This document shows, piece by piece, positions 31,271 to 43,104 of a stretch of DNA of 64,000 nt; positions within the stretch are counted from its first letter, which is position 1, and the number at the start of each line of letters is the position of its first letter. A program made the translations under genes and the position numbers. The stretch covers positions 243,849 through 307,848 of the forward strand of contig CAYFHS010000001.1 in assembly GCA_964342815.1 (NCBI GenBank), in the 5' to 3' direction. This DNA comes from an uncultured archaeon (GTDB lineage Archaea; Thermoplasmatota; Penumbrarchaeia; JASLWR01). The notes below the pieces were generated by a model. The model was not told where the DNA came from. It did no database searches and worked only from the letters and a program-made list of their open reading frames with translations.

Positions 31271-33170
31271 ATAGAACGCGCCTCTCGAAGATATTGAGCC
31301 ATTCGTCGTAAAGGGTGCTGTAGTCAATTTTCTTGAAACTCACGTAATGCCGTTGTATCACATTCCAGAATATATTGTTGGCAGTGCTCACCGCCTCGAT
31401 TCCGAGTAGCTTAGGCTCGTTGAGTTCGTGTGATTTCTGGACCAGTGTTTGCTTGATCTTTGCCCGGATGTTGATATTCTTCATGACCTCTTCCATGGAC
31501 ATGCTCCAGTTCGAAGCAATGTTCTGCAGCAGCTCGCTTTTGAAATTGAAACCCTTGGTGGGTTCAACCATGTCCTTATCTGGATTATAGCTCATGAGAT
31601 CCATGAACATCTCGTCCTTATCGAGAGAGATGTCTTTCCGTACCTCTGCGATCTGGGTAACTCGTTTTATGGAATCCTGTATCCCGCTGGGTCTTGTGAG
31701 ACCCGCAACCACAATCACATCCGTGGCAGTGAAGGATTCCCTGTTGATGCCCATATCATAGACGATCCTCTCGAATACAGCTTTTGCGGAGTTCGCATGA
31801 AAGGTCCCCAGCACCGAACTGCCTGCAGTCCCTGCCCGCATTGCCTCGTACAGGGTCTTCGCTTCCTCGCCCCGGACCTCACCCATAACGATGGCCGATT
31901 CACCAAGCCGCAGTGATACCTTCAAGGCATCAACTGCGCTTCTCTCGCCCATGGACCCGATAGTGGACTGTATGAAAAGCGACTGGACCTTGTAACCCAT
32001 GGCCTGCATCTTCATCCCTGGAAGTTCCAGCGTGTCCTCGATGGTCAATATTCTCTGACTCTTGGGAAATTCAAGTAAGAGCGCACCCAGGAGAGAGGTC
32101 TTTCCGGCACCCCGGCTTCCTGTGACTATAATGGTAGCCTTGCCATCTATGAGGAATGATAATAATCCGGCGGCAAGGGGCGTTAAACTTCCCACATCGA
32201 TAAGCTTTGTGAGGGTCCAGGGGTCCATGGCATGTTTCCGCAAAGCAAAGGCCGTACCCTGCGGGCTCAAAGGCCGTCCCACCACGGTTACCCTGGTGTC
32301 GTATGCCTGAAGGTCGCATTCGAGAACCGGCATTGCTTCGGAGAACGGGCGTCCGCTGTCGTATCGGAAACGCGAAAGCAGGCTCTCCACGTCGTTTGTG
32401 GAAAGAATAATATTGGTACGGCATTTCACTGGGAACTGGGATCGGCCGATCTTTCCAAGCATAACATATACGAGGTTATCCGGAGCCGGGGCATCTATAT
32501 AGATATCGTGAATATTGGGATCCTGCAGGATTATCTCGATTATACCCATTCCCGCGGTGTATCTGGCAAGAACGGAGGAAAGTGATTTTATCTGATCCGT
32601 CACCTGCCCCTTGTCGAATTTGATGTTGTATAGATTTGCAAGTTCGTAAAAATGATACTCGCCGAATTTTCTCACGTAATCCTTGGCCTGGTTGATATTT
32701 GACAGCTGGATATTCGGGGGAAAATCCTCCATGAGGTTCTTGCGGCTGACGTCCAATAACCTGAGAAATCGATCTTCAAGAGCATATTCGGGAGGCGATA
32801 TGTGGTAATACCCCTCGGTCTCGTCCTCCAGTTTGTGGATGGTAACTTTTGCGTCCCCGACCTTGTAGGATATCAGCTCTTTGGCATTTCCAGGGGGTTT
32901 GGGTATAAGCCATGACGATGAGAAATTAGGTTTGATACGTCGGTTCAGGCTGAAAATTCGATAAATACCGGTCTTTACGCTTTTTATGTTCGTCTGGCCG
33001 CTGAACCGGTACATTCTGCTCTGTATATCCTGGCACTTAGTAACGATCTCCTTCGAGGTGTGGTATGTGGTCTCCAGCATGCTCTTTTTGAATACCCATT
33101 GAGAATTATCCGGCGGATCATATTTTGCCAGAGATCGTGATTTTGAATATTGCTCGTTACTGTCAACCAT
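31260..33170 (-). CDS. Type II/IV secretion (TadA/FlaI/VirB11-family) ATPase
   Basis: Walker A GSRGAGKT, TIEDTLEL, Walker B MGEVRG, His-box GTFHA. Confidence 0.93.
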   Translation of the reverse strand: MVDSNEQYSKSRSLAKYDPPDNSQWVFKKSMLETTYHTSKEIVTKCQDIQSRMYRFSGQTNIKSVKTGIYRIFSLNRRIKPNFSSSWLIPKPPGNAKELISYKVGDAKVTIHKLEDETEGYYHISPPEYALEDRFLRLLDVSRKNLMEDFPPNIQLSNINQAKDYVRKFGEYHFYELANLYNIKFDKGQVTDQIKSLSSVLARYTAGMGIIEIILQDPNIHDIYIDAPAPDNLVYVMLGKIGRSQFPVKCRTNIILSTNDVESLLSRFRYDSGRPFSEAMPVLECDLQAYDTRVTVVGRPLSPQGTAFALRKHAMDPWTLTKLIDVGSLTPLAAGLLSFLIDGKATIIVTGSRGAGKTSLLGALLLEFPKSQRILTIEDTLELPGMKMQAMGYKVQSLFIQSTIGSMGERSAVDALKVSLRLGESAIVMGEVRGEEAKTLYEAMRAGTAGSSVLGTFHANSAKAVFERIVYDMGINRESFTATDVIVVAGLTRPSGIQDSIKRVTQIAEVRKDISLDKDEMFMDLMSYNPDKDMVEPTKGFNFKSELLQNIASNWSMSMEEVMKNINIRAKIKQTLVQKSHELNEPKLLGIEAVSTANNIFWNVIQRHYVSFKKIDYSTLYDEWLNIFERRVLYAQ

Positions 33171-33179
33171 GGAACCACG

Positions 33180-33785
33180 TCATGTGTGATAGATTATCTT
33201 GTAGGCGCTTAACAGGATGAACCCCACGATCTTTTCGAATCTTTTGAATACATCCTCAAGGTTCTCCAGCGTATTGTATCTGCAGTTGTTGCAGTAATCC
33301 CCTTTGGGTTGGAACTTGTGAACTTCTGTGATCATAGGATTAAGGTGATTGTAGAATATTTCAAAATCCCGTGCAAACTCTCCCTTTAATTTGGAAAATA
33401 ACTTCTGTGGATTGACCGGACAGGCCGAGCAGGGGATCTTTTTCTTGTATTTGGGATGATGCAGCTTGAACTGGTGGTCCGGTCTGCGTAGTGAGTAGTT
33501 CCCGATCTGGTTCACAAGTGACTTCATTCGTTCCATCAATTCGACAGAGTCTCCGAAATACATGGTGTCCAGATACTGGGATATGTAAAGATAATCAACC
33601 ATGTAAACTTCCGAAAGAGAGTTCAGAATGCCGCTGATGCACCCCGGGTTGGCCATGGAATAGTTCTGTGTGCAGGCCTTGCACTTGATCACCATCTTCT
33701 GTTTCTGGCCCTCGAACTCCAGCTCGTAGTCGCACCGTGTGGGTTGTTGAGCAACCGTTTTCTTGTTTTTTACGTTTCCAGCCAT
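33180..33785 (-). CDS. Cys-containing hypothetical protein, probable accessory or detached N-terminal domain of the secretion ATPase
   Basis: CKAC...C, CSAC, CNNC motifs; ends 9 bp before the ATPase start. Confidence 0.7.
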   Translation of the reverse strand: MAGNVKNKKTVAQQPTRCDYELEFEGQKQKMVIKCKACTQNYSMANPGCISGILNSLSEVYMVDYLYISQYLDTMYFGDSVELMERMKSLVNQIGNYSLRRPDHQFKLHHPKYKKKIPCSACPVNPQKLFSKLKGEFARDFEIFYNHLNPMITEVHKFQPKGDYCNNCRYNTLENLEDVFKRFEKIVGFILLSAYKIIYHT

Positions 33786-34130
33786 ATTCCAGCCACGTCC
33801 AGAATCTTCCCGCGAACAGGGTCTAATTAGTTAACATTCTCATTCTATATAACCATTTTTACACTTTGAAGTTAGCATTTCATTCCCGATTGGGACTGTG
33901 GAAAAACCTATAATAGCTGCGGAAAATTCGGGAAAAAAGCACCGGTGACCGGTTTGCCGTAAGATTACGATATAACCGTGATAAATTTCAGCCAGCAGTC
34001 CAGGAGAAAAAATTTATTTATCAGCATAATATTATTCGGAAATCTTACAATTGTTCAAAATGAGAGCGAATAATCGTATTAATGTACAAAAATAATTACA
34101 TAAAATGACACGTTTTTTATATCAAGATAA

Positions 34131-35492
<1,362 letters not shown>

Positions 35493-35523
35493 TTAGAAAT
35501 GAGAACTGGCAATCGATTGAAAT

Positions 35524-35555
35524 GCCCGGCATTGGTATATGTGTCGGGCTTTTTT
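35524..35555 (+). terminator. Hairpin plus T-tract after gdhA
   Basis: GCCCGGCA...TGTCGGGC followed by TTTTTT. Confidence 0.7.
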
Positions 35556-35655
35556 GTATTTTTCTAATTCATATGGGCTCTATTTGGGATTTTCATTATT
35601 TTTATTCGGGCATAAGCTTAAGAACTATCTATTGTAATCGGGTTGATGAAGGATC

Positions 35656-36570
35656 ATGGTCAAGGAGAACACACATCTTTTCGCAGCGGAGAAGATACTT
35701 CATCTCATAGAGGGTGCGGATATACGAAAGCTCATCGAAGCGAATATTGGAAGTTACCATCTCGGCTCAATCATACTGGACTCTTTTTTTTACAGTGGTG
35801 ACAAGAATATAAAAAAAATATCAGCGCTGCTTCACGGGAAACAAGGGGATCTCACCAATGGTATCATTTTCCAGGTTCTGGATGAAGCCCGGAATTCGCG
35901 AAATGCAGCAGATCTCTCCTTCATCATGGGGTATCTCACCCATTCTGCACTTGATATAACCTTTCACCCGGTCATATATTACTATACGGGAAATCACAGG
36001 GACGGCTCCATAGATGAGCGAAAAGCTACATACCTGCACTGGCATTACGAGACCTATCTGGATGGTAAATGGAATGATCGATACTATATCGAAGATTTGA
36101 TCGATGAGAAACTCATCCATGGATTGCGTTTCTTTGATATTATATCAAAAAAGATGAACGTACCGAAGGGCGGGTTATTAAATGCCGTGAGAATACAAAA
36201 ATTCTTCAATAAATTGTTCAGAAGCGAGCTTGCATATCGTTTTATCTGTTTTGCCAAACGTATCCACCTCACGGATGAAACGCCATTGGGTATTTTTTAC
36301 GGAAATCTTGATCGTGAGAAAATAAAGCTCGAAGAGAGTTTGGTCTTCCGTGACCTGATATCGGGTGATGAGAAAAAGACTTCACTGGATTTCATTCTCG
36401 AAGAAGCCTGTTCGCTTGGTGTAAGTATGATAAAAAGCGCATACGATTATTATAACGGTGGGAGCCGTGAGGAGTGTGAACGGGTCATTTCCGGAAAAAG
36501 TCTGGCCACGGGAAAGTTGAAAATACCAGTGAGCGATATCAAATATACCCGATTCGCCAGTTTAAAATGA
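35656..36570 (+). CDS. Zinc-dependent phospholipase C family protein
   Basis: THLFAA, LGSIILD..FY, LH, GYLTHSALD..FHP, H..YETYLD. Confidence 0.75.
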   Translation: MVKENTHLFAAEKILHLIEGADIRKLIEANIGSYHLGSIILDSFFYSGDKNIKKISALLHGKQGDLTNGIIFQVLDEARNSRNAADLSFIMGYLTHSALDITFHPVIYYYTGNHRDGSIDERKATYLHWHYETYLDGKWNDRYYIEDLIDEKLIHGLRFFDIISKKMNVPKGGLLNAVRIQKFFNKLFRSELAYRFICFAKRIHLTDETPLGIFYGNLDREKIKLEESLVFRDLISGDEKKTSLDFILEEACSLGVSMIKSAYDYYNGGSREECERVISGKSLATGKLKIPVSDIKYTRFASLK

Positions 36571-36601
36571 TAGACGCAGTCCCTGGGTAATTGATATTAT
36601 C

Positions 36602-39600
36602 CTAGTCGTCCTCGTCCAGATCGTTTATCTCAATATCCTCATCGAACAATTCTCCGCATTCGGGACACATCTCATCATCGACAGCGATTGGCGCTCCGCA
36701 CTCTGAGCAGATCATCTCGTCCTCGAAGAAGGATTCACCACAATAGGGGCAGAGGACCTCATCGGGGTCAACCGATGCACCGCATTTATCGCAAACGAAA
36801 TCCGAATCCTCTTCCACCAACCCTTCGCCGCATATCGGACAAGACTCTGCATCTTCTTCCTCTATCTCAGCGCTGCAAAAGGGACACTTGTTCTTATCAT
36901 CAGTTTCAATTTCCTTTCCCGCTTCCTTTTTCAGAGGTTTCGTTTTTTTCTTGGGTACAAATCCGCAGGACGGGCATTTCTTGTCGTCAATATCGAGAGG
37001 TGTACCGCATTTCTTGCATCCTATCTTGAAATCGGATTTTTTCAGTTTCAGACCGCATTCCGAGCAGACCTTATCTCCCGGATCCACCATGGCTCCACAT
37101 TGGGGGCAAGATGACACCTCTCCGATTTCCTCTGTGATCTCTTCACCGAGAGCAGTTCGTGCATACCTGTTACGGAACGTCACGTACATCATAATCACCA
37201 GCACAATTACAAGTACGATGGCTAGAACCGTTCCAGCGGTGGTCAAGGTCATTTCAAGTCCGTCGTCATCCTTTTCGGATGGTTTCACCGGTTCCGCCTG
37301 TTCTTCCTCGGTAGTGAAGTTGAATTTGTATCTATCTCCCAGAGTCCGGCCGCTTATACTTCTGATACCAGTGTGAAGGACCACAGAGTATAGTGTGTCG
37401 TATTCGAGTTCGGAATTAGGTACAAGAATGACGCTCTTGTTATCGTTGGTCATCTGTAATTTGTAGCTAACAAGCGGGGTGATCTCGATACTGCCGTTAA
37501 AGGATGACAGTTCCATGGGTTTGGAAAAAGCGATACTGATCTGTGTCTTCACCGATACCTTCTCCTGATCATCTTCGGGATACACCGCCAGAACCTCCGG
37601 GTTCTTCTCTGCCTCCAGGGTCCTGAAGGACCAGCTGACCGTCTCTTTCAGTATATTGTCGTAGAGGTCTGTGATACCCTTATTGCCGTTGAGGTCTTTG
37701 TTACCCTTTGTAAGCATTACAGTATATTTCGACCCGACCGAAAGAACTGCCTGAGGGCTTAAAGTGACAGTGGCGCCGTTCACAAGCACATTTCCACTAA
37801 CCGGATTGTTCTTCGGGTCCAGCAGCACGAAGGAATCATTGTCGACTCCTTTCACATTTTCACTGAACTTTGCCCGAATTATTGTATCAAGGGGAACGTT
37901 CCTGGCATTCTCCGCGGGCAGGAGACTGTTCATCAACACGAAGGGAGAGGATATGTCTATACGGCCCATAACCGTCAGGTTACCGATGAATGTCACGTTA
38001 GCGTGTATTCTCTTTATCGAGGTATCCACCCTTGCGAGAGAGTCAGCTCGAACCCATTTTTCGTCGGATGTTTCAATGTAGAGGTCAAGAGTGTTTTCGT
38101 CCGTAATGTGACTGATATTCTTATCTGCGTAATTGATCCCAACCTCGATATGATCCCACTCATCATCAGCTATTCCCTCTATACCGATGGCAAATGTTAA
38201 GTTTATAGTATCCATATTTATTCCTTTTTCAGACACAAGTTCGTCACTTAGAAGGGTAATGGTTATGGTGGGGAGCTTACCCTTATTCTCGTAGAATAGG
38301 GTAGCGGATATTCCATGCTCGCTGTAATATAGGGAATCAGGTCGCGGCAGCTGGCGAACGGTCAATATCATATTATCTGTCCCTTCATTCCAGCTCATAT
38401 CCCTTGCTGCGAGGGTGACATTATATATTCCCGGATTATCGAACCTGAAACTCGGGTTCGTACCGTAAAGAGTCACATTGTTCTGTGCGTAGACGAAACT
38501 CCAACTGAAGTTAACCGCTCCTACGTTATCCACCGTATCCGAACCGTCGAATTCATATAATCCTTGTTCGTATATCCACTTATCCGGTCCAGCATTCGCT
38601 TCGGGAGGAGTAACGTCGTTGACCACCACCACGATTTTCCTGGTGATGTTGTTGAACGTTATGGACTGGTTGATCCCGGTTGAGAAACCGTCCTTTGATG
38701 CAGTTATATCGTAGTAATGGACTAGGACCCCTGATGAAATTATCTCCTGTTGGGTTGCCAGAACGTAATTGATCTCACCTTTATCATTTGTGGTGAAAGT
38801 ATTGGTGGATAGTGTCACGTCCGAGGTAACATGTTCGACCAGTGTAACGGTGGTGTAGGGTACACGGTATGAATATTCATCTACGGATACGAATGAAACG
38901 AAATATTTCACCCATATCTTTGATCCATTGTCAGCAGGCGGTATGTAATACTTGAAAGGTACGGTGTTTACAAGTTCTATAACCGAATCTTCACGGACAT
39001 CGAGATCCTCGGTTTCCGATCCGGACAGGGTGGAGTTCAGAATATATAAAAGAGATGAATTTGAAACCAGTACTCCCTTGCTGTTACCGGTGATATCGCA
39101 GTTTGTTATGGTTCCGGTACTGTCCCTGTCCAGAGAAAGTGCGGTGCCGTTGATGTTGAGCATATGGCAGGCGTTCATATGCAGCGAGGCCCGGGACATG
39201 GTTATTCCCGCTCCCCTGGTGTTGGTTATCATCGAATCAGCAAGTTTTAGGGATGTGTACGATGAGTTCTTGAGGCACATGATACCGAAACTGTCGAAAT
39301 CCAGCATCATCAGGTCATTGAGATAAACGTCAGAATTAAGGACCAATATACCCCCGTGGCCACCTTGGATCCGTGAAGATGCAATAAGCGGTATTGTGTT
39401 TTTCACGGTGGAATTGATGACAACACCGATATGTTCGGCTGTTAGCTCGCAGTCGGTTATCCAAGTCTTGTCGCTTTCGATGAAGAGACCCCGCTTATCC
39501 GGTTCCTGGGTATAATCTTGAACACCAGGGTCGTATCCGCAATTTAGTATGATAACCTCGTCCATTCTCAATGTACCGCCGCTTTTGACCCAGAATCGAT

Positions 39601-42600
39601 ACCTGCTTTCTCCACCAGCTCCCGTGGAGTTCAGCCGGCTTTTATTATTGCTGCCGCCGTACAAATAGAGTTCGCCGCCGTTCTCGACCACTATGGATCT
39701 GGTTCCGTTGCCAGGAACGTGAAGCTTCAATGTAAAGTTCCTGAATGTAAGTTTGCCGCCGTTTTTGACTGTCAAATTACCCCAAAGGTCCATGACGATA
39801 TTCTGGAAGATCATGGTCTTATCTACGACCCAGTCCACGAGAACGTCCGTACTGTTCAGAGTGAGGTTCCTGGTCAAACTTGAATTTATATAAAAAGTAG
39901 AGTCTGTCTTAAGCCCTCCGTATTCCACTCGGACCGTGTGAGGGGTAAATAATTCCATGGCCGATGCACCCCAATCCTTGGATTGAACCGCTTCCAGCCG
40001 CATGGCGGTACCGTTTTGGGTCGTTATTCCCTGGGCGACCTGCGTACCGTTCAGATCGAATAGCGTTACTACGGTACCCGGTATCGGGAGTCCAATACTG
40101 TTCAATACACGTATGTTGAGATACCATTTCGTCGTAAGAACTGCATTGCCCCTTACTTCGGATATCACAGTGGTCGTGTTGAGTATCACCATATCCCCGA
40201 AATCAAGCATAAGTCTGTGAAAACTGCTGTTCACTGAGGTGGCGTTTTCGTCTATCAGATAGTTGCCGGTCATATTGATCCGTGAAGATCCTAGTATCAC
40301 AACGGCCTGATTATTGCAGTTTTCGAATGTATTATTAGTAATATTCCAGTCCGATACCCGCAGTGCATGCACACCTCCAACCGTAGCATTCGTGACCGAA
40401 TTGTTATGGACCAGCAAACTGGATTCGTCCTTGTACACAAAGCCGGTACCGCTCCCGTTGATCTTGTTATACAAGTAAGTGTGATCTTTGTTATTGTAGG
40501 CGTTGATTCCAGTAACGTTGACAATACTGATGTCATTGGCTGAGATGGTATTGATCTTGGAATTGTTTATGTTGAGGCCCACATCCACCGATCGGATCAC
40601 ATTACTATACAAAATGTTCTTGTTCGAGAGTCGGCTGACGTTAATACCATTTGCACTTTCGCTTATGATATTGTAACTGACATTGTTGCTTGCGCAGAAC
40701 GCCATTACAACCCCGCAGTTACCCTTACCTGATATTGTGTTGTTTTTGACGGTGGAGTTCTGTGAGTACCACATCTCGATCCCTGTGCTGTTCCTGTCAC
40801 TCCGATTGTATCTCCCCTTGATGACGTTGCCGGTGATCCGGATGTCCCTTGTGGCCTGCAGATAGATATCGTTCCTCTCATGGGTAAAACTGTTCCCGGA
40901 TATGTTGCACTCCAGAGTATTGATCAGCAATATGCCGTTTTCACTTGTAAACGAGTTCCCTGTAATGGTGGCGTTCCTGGATTTTATGTAGATGAGCCCG
41001 GTATGACAGTCAACGAATTTGCTGCCCCGAACCGTGGTATTGTTGGCACCCACGAAGAAGCCGCTTCTCTGTAAAGGGAATATTGTAGATGCATACCCGC
41101 AGTTTCTCACCTCTGAATTCCTCATGGCGAACTCTCGTGTACGGTTAAGAAACACTAGATATGCGGAATCCGTACCGCTTTTAATCAGCGATCCGTCATC
41201 GGTACCGATATCGTCATCATTGTCCAGAATGAACAGGCTCGAGTTGCTGTTGGCAATAAGCATGAACTGTCCGTTCGCCGCTGGCATGAATATAAGAGTA
41301 GTGTTTCTGAGGGTGAGGGTAGAATCGGATGTGATATTTACATTACCATAGAGCTTGATAGTTTTGTTTATCAGCTGTACTTCGCCGGTTATGTTCCAGT
41401 TTCCGTTATATGCGGATTGTGGGAGGGTCAGATTCACTGTGGATGTGGAATTGACCTGGGCTTCGGTGTAATTCATTACTATGGACGCTGGGTGCGTGGC
41501 AGTGAAATTGTATGGATTGTAATGAACAGTTGCAGTGGCGTTGCGAACCATAGAGGTGATCTCGATATCCGAGCCGGATCCCGCGGGTAGGGAGAGATTG
41601 TATCTTTCAGCTCCGGTTTTGTCCTTGATGGATACCACGGTTCCGGCGTATGCCTGGCCCTGGTGATCAAGAACATTAACATTGATGTAGTTAACGATAT
41701 GAGCAGTTGCATCCCTTGTTATGGATATTATATTATAGGTGCTGTTTAAAAGTTTCGCGTTACCCGAGCTGAGGTTCAATGAGACATTAGATTCGATTAT
41801 CTCCATATCAAAGAGGTTTGTGTTTTGTACTGAAAGTCCGGTAATGTTTGCATCGGTTATATCACTGAGCTGTACCTCTGTGGAAGTGGTGTTGATGGTG
41901 GTGTTGTCCATGGATATTGTACCGCCTGCGGCGATTATCCCGTGGGTGCCGGTGATATTTGTATCAGAAACCGCAATATCGGAGGCAGTGGCTGCCAGGC
42001 CGTTGTTGCAGTCCTCGAGATAGGAATCGCTGATATTTACCTGACAGTTTGTTAGGTAGATCCCTTTCTGCGCATCATATAGGGGTGTTTCGTTACCTGC
42101 CCCGCTTATGCGAACGTCCGACATGTTAAGCCAGCTTCCGCTAGCGTTGAACTCGAAACCTTTTGAATTATTGCTAGTAATGAGTGATGTGTAACCCGCC
42201 TGGGACGGCTGGTCGTCGTAATCAGATATATCGAGGGAAGCGTTGGTGAGATTCAGGTGATACTGGCAGTATCCCGTCTGGTTGAAATTTATGATAGAGC
42301 TTTTCAGTATGAGACGCGATCCGGGCTTTACGTCGATCCACCCGGTTATGTTCAAGGTGCAGTTGATCAGCGTCAGGTTCGAGGAGCTCTGCAGAGTTAA
42401 GTTGCCGTTCATATGAATGAGGGAATCGTTGAAACTGAGATCGTCCCCGTGAACGAGATTCCAATGATTGCCTGAGTTGTTGAATATCCGTAGGCCGCCG
42501 GGCGATAGCTGACCGCTGTCCGCCGGTCCGCCCGTATCGGCAAGTGTCAATTGATGGTAGGGGACAAATAGGCCGCACAATATCATGCTCACTGCCAGAG

Positions 42601-42682
42601 CCGCGTATATCTTTGGCAATCCGGATTCCATAATAATCACATTTTTCTTCAGTATTTTTTCCGTGGTCTCTCGCAAGACCAT
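36602..42682 (-). CDS. Giant surface protein (2026 aa): parallel beta-helix repeats, PKD, Ig-like domains, TM, five cytoplasmic double zinc ribbons
   Basis: Signal region, Asn/Ile-rich beta-helix repeats, EANAGPD..FDGS PKD, FSKPM..S Ig-like domain, TM, ten CxxC pairs at the C-terminus. Confidence 0.9.
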   Translation of the reverse strand: MVLRETTEKILKKNVIIMESGLPKIYAALAVSMILCGLFVPYHQLTLADTGGPADSGQLSPGGLRIFNNSGNHWNLVHGDDLSFNDSLIHMNGNLTLQSSSNLTLINCTLNITGWIDVKPGSRLILKSSIINFNQTGYCQYHLNLTNASLDISDYDDQPSQAGYTSLITSNNSKGFEFNASGSWLNMSDVRISGAGNETPLYDAQKGIYLTNCQVNISDSYLEDCNNGLAATASDIAVSDTNITGTHGIIAAGGTISMDNTTINTTSTEVQLSDITDANITGLSVQNTNLFDMEIIESNVSLNLSSGNAKLLNSTYNIISITRDATAHIVNYINVNVLDHQGQAYAGTVVSIKDKTGAERYNLSLPAGSGSDIEITSMVRNATATVHYNPYNFTATHPASIVMNYTEAQVNSTSTVNLTLPQSAYNGNWNITGEVQLINKTIKLYGNVNITSDSTLTLRNTTLIFMPAANGQFMLIANSNSSLFILDNDDDIGTDDGSLIKSGTDSAYLVFLNRTREFAMRNSEVRNCGYASTIFPLQRSGFFVGANNTTVRGSKFVDCHTGLIYIKSRNATITGNSFTSENGILLINTLECNISGNSFTHERNDIYLQATRDIRITGNVIKGRYNRSDRNSTGIEMWYSQNSTVKNNTISGKGNCGVVMAFCASNNVSYNIISESANGINVSRLSNKNILYSNVIRSVDVGLNINNSKINTISANDISIVNVTGINAYNNKDHTYLYNKINGSGTGFVYKDESSLLVHNNSVTNATVGGVHALRVSDWNITNNTFENCNNQAVVILGSSRINMTGNYLIDENATSVNSSFHRLMLDFGDMVILNTTTVISEVRGNAVLTTKWYLNIRVLNSIGLPIPGTVVTLFDLNGTQVAQGITTQNGTAMRLEAVQSKDWGASAMELFTPHTVRVEYGGLKTDSTFYINSSLTRNLTLNSTDVLVDWVVDKTMIFQNIVMDLWGNLTVKNGGKLTFRNFTLKLHVPGNGTRSIVVENGGELYLYGGSNNKSRLNSTGAGGESRYRFWVKSGGTLRMDEVIILNCGYDPGVQDYTQEPDKRGLFIESDKTWITDCELTAEHIGVVINSTVKNTIPLIASSRIQGGHGGILVLNSDVYLNDLMMLDFDSFGIMCLKNSSYTSLKLADSMITNTRGAGITMSRASLHMNACHMLNINGTALSLDRDSTGTITNCDITGNSKGVLVSNSSLLYILNSTLSGSETEDLDVREDSVIELVNTVPFKYYIPPADNGSKIWVKYFVSFVSVDEYSYRVPYTTVTLVEHVTSDVTLSTNTFTTNDKGEINYVLATQQEIISSGVLVHYYDITASKDGFSTGINQSITFNNITRKIVVVVNDVTPPEANAGPDKWIYEQGLYEFDGSDTVDNVGAVNFSWSFVYAQNNVTLYGTNPSFRFDNPGIYNVTLAARDMSWNEGTDNMILTVRQLPRPDSLYYSEHGISATLFYENKGKLPTITITLLSDELVSEKGINMDTINLTFAIGIEGIADDEWDHIEVGINYADKNISHITDENTLDLYIETSDEKWVRADSLARVDTSIKRIHANVTFIGNLTVMGRIDISSPFVLMNSLLPAENARNVPLDTIIRAKFSENVKGVDNDSFVLLDPKNNPVSGNVLVNGATVTLSPQAVLSVGSKYTVMLTKGNKDLNGNKGITDLYDNILKETVSWSFRTLEAEKNPEVLAVYPEDDQEKVSVKTQISIAFSKPMELSSFNGSIEITPLVSYKLQMTNDNKSVILVPNSELEYDTLYSVVLHTGIRSISGRTLGDRYKFNFTTEEEQAEPVKPSEKDDDGLEMTLTTAGTVLAIVLVIVLVIMMYVTFRNRYARTALGEEITEEIGEVSSCPQCGAMVDPGDKVCSECGLKLKKSDFKIGCKKCGTPLDIDDKKCPSCGFVPKKKTKPLKKEAGKEIETDDKNKCPFCSAEIEEEDAESCPICGEGLVEEDSDFVCDKCGASVDPDEVLCPYCGESFFEDEMICSECGAPIAVDDEMCPECGELFDEDIEINDLDEDD

Positions 42683-43104
42683 GAGACAATACCCGATTAC
42701 ATGAATACTTATATATTTTTTTTATCATTTAGGAAATACAGACCATCCTGTCGTTTTTTCCGAGCATCACGGCATATCCTCCGGCATGCCTGACCTGCCC
42801 GGGCGTTACCGGGCAAGAGGACTCCCGAATTTCTTTTTTTCCTATTTTTTTCTTTGTGAGGGTTGGCCAGCGGAGGAAAAATCCCAAAGAAAAAAACGGT
42901 TTTTTATCTGAAGACACTCATTCGTTTTTTTTTCACTGAATAAGAACGGCCTTAATTCTCTGGAGCGAAAAGATATGTTATAGAGCCTGACCGATCAATC
43001 ACTTTTCCAAGATTTCCGCATCGAAAGGTATCTTATCCCTGAAAAATCTCAATTTTCCGGTGTGAAGTGGTCATAGATGCTATTGAGTTTTATCCGCAGG
43101 TGAC

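Noticed and set aside
42770-42890. tRNA, SRP or RNase P-like RNA (hairpins GGCAT/ATGCC and TGCCCG/CGGGCA; GGAGGAAAAATCCC)
   Set aside because: No cloverleaf or conserved motifs; the sequence runs into A/T tracts
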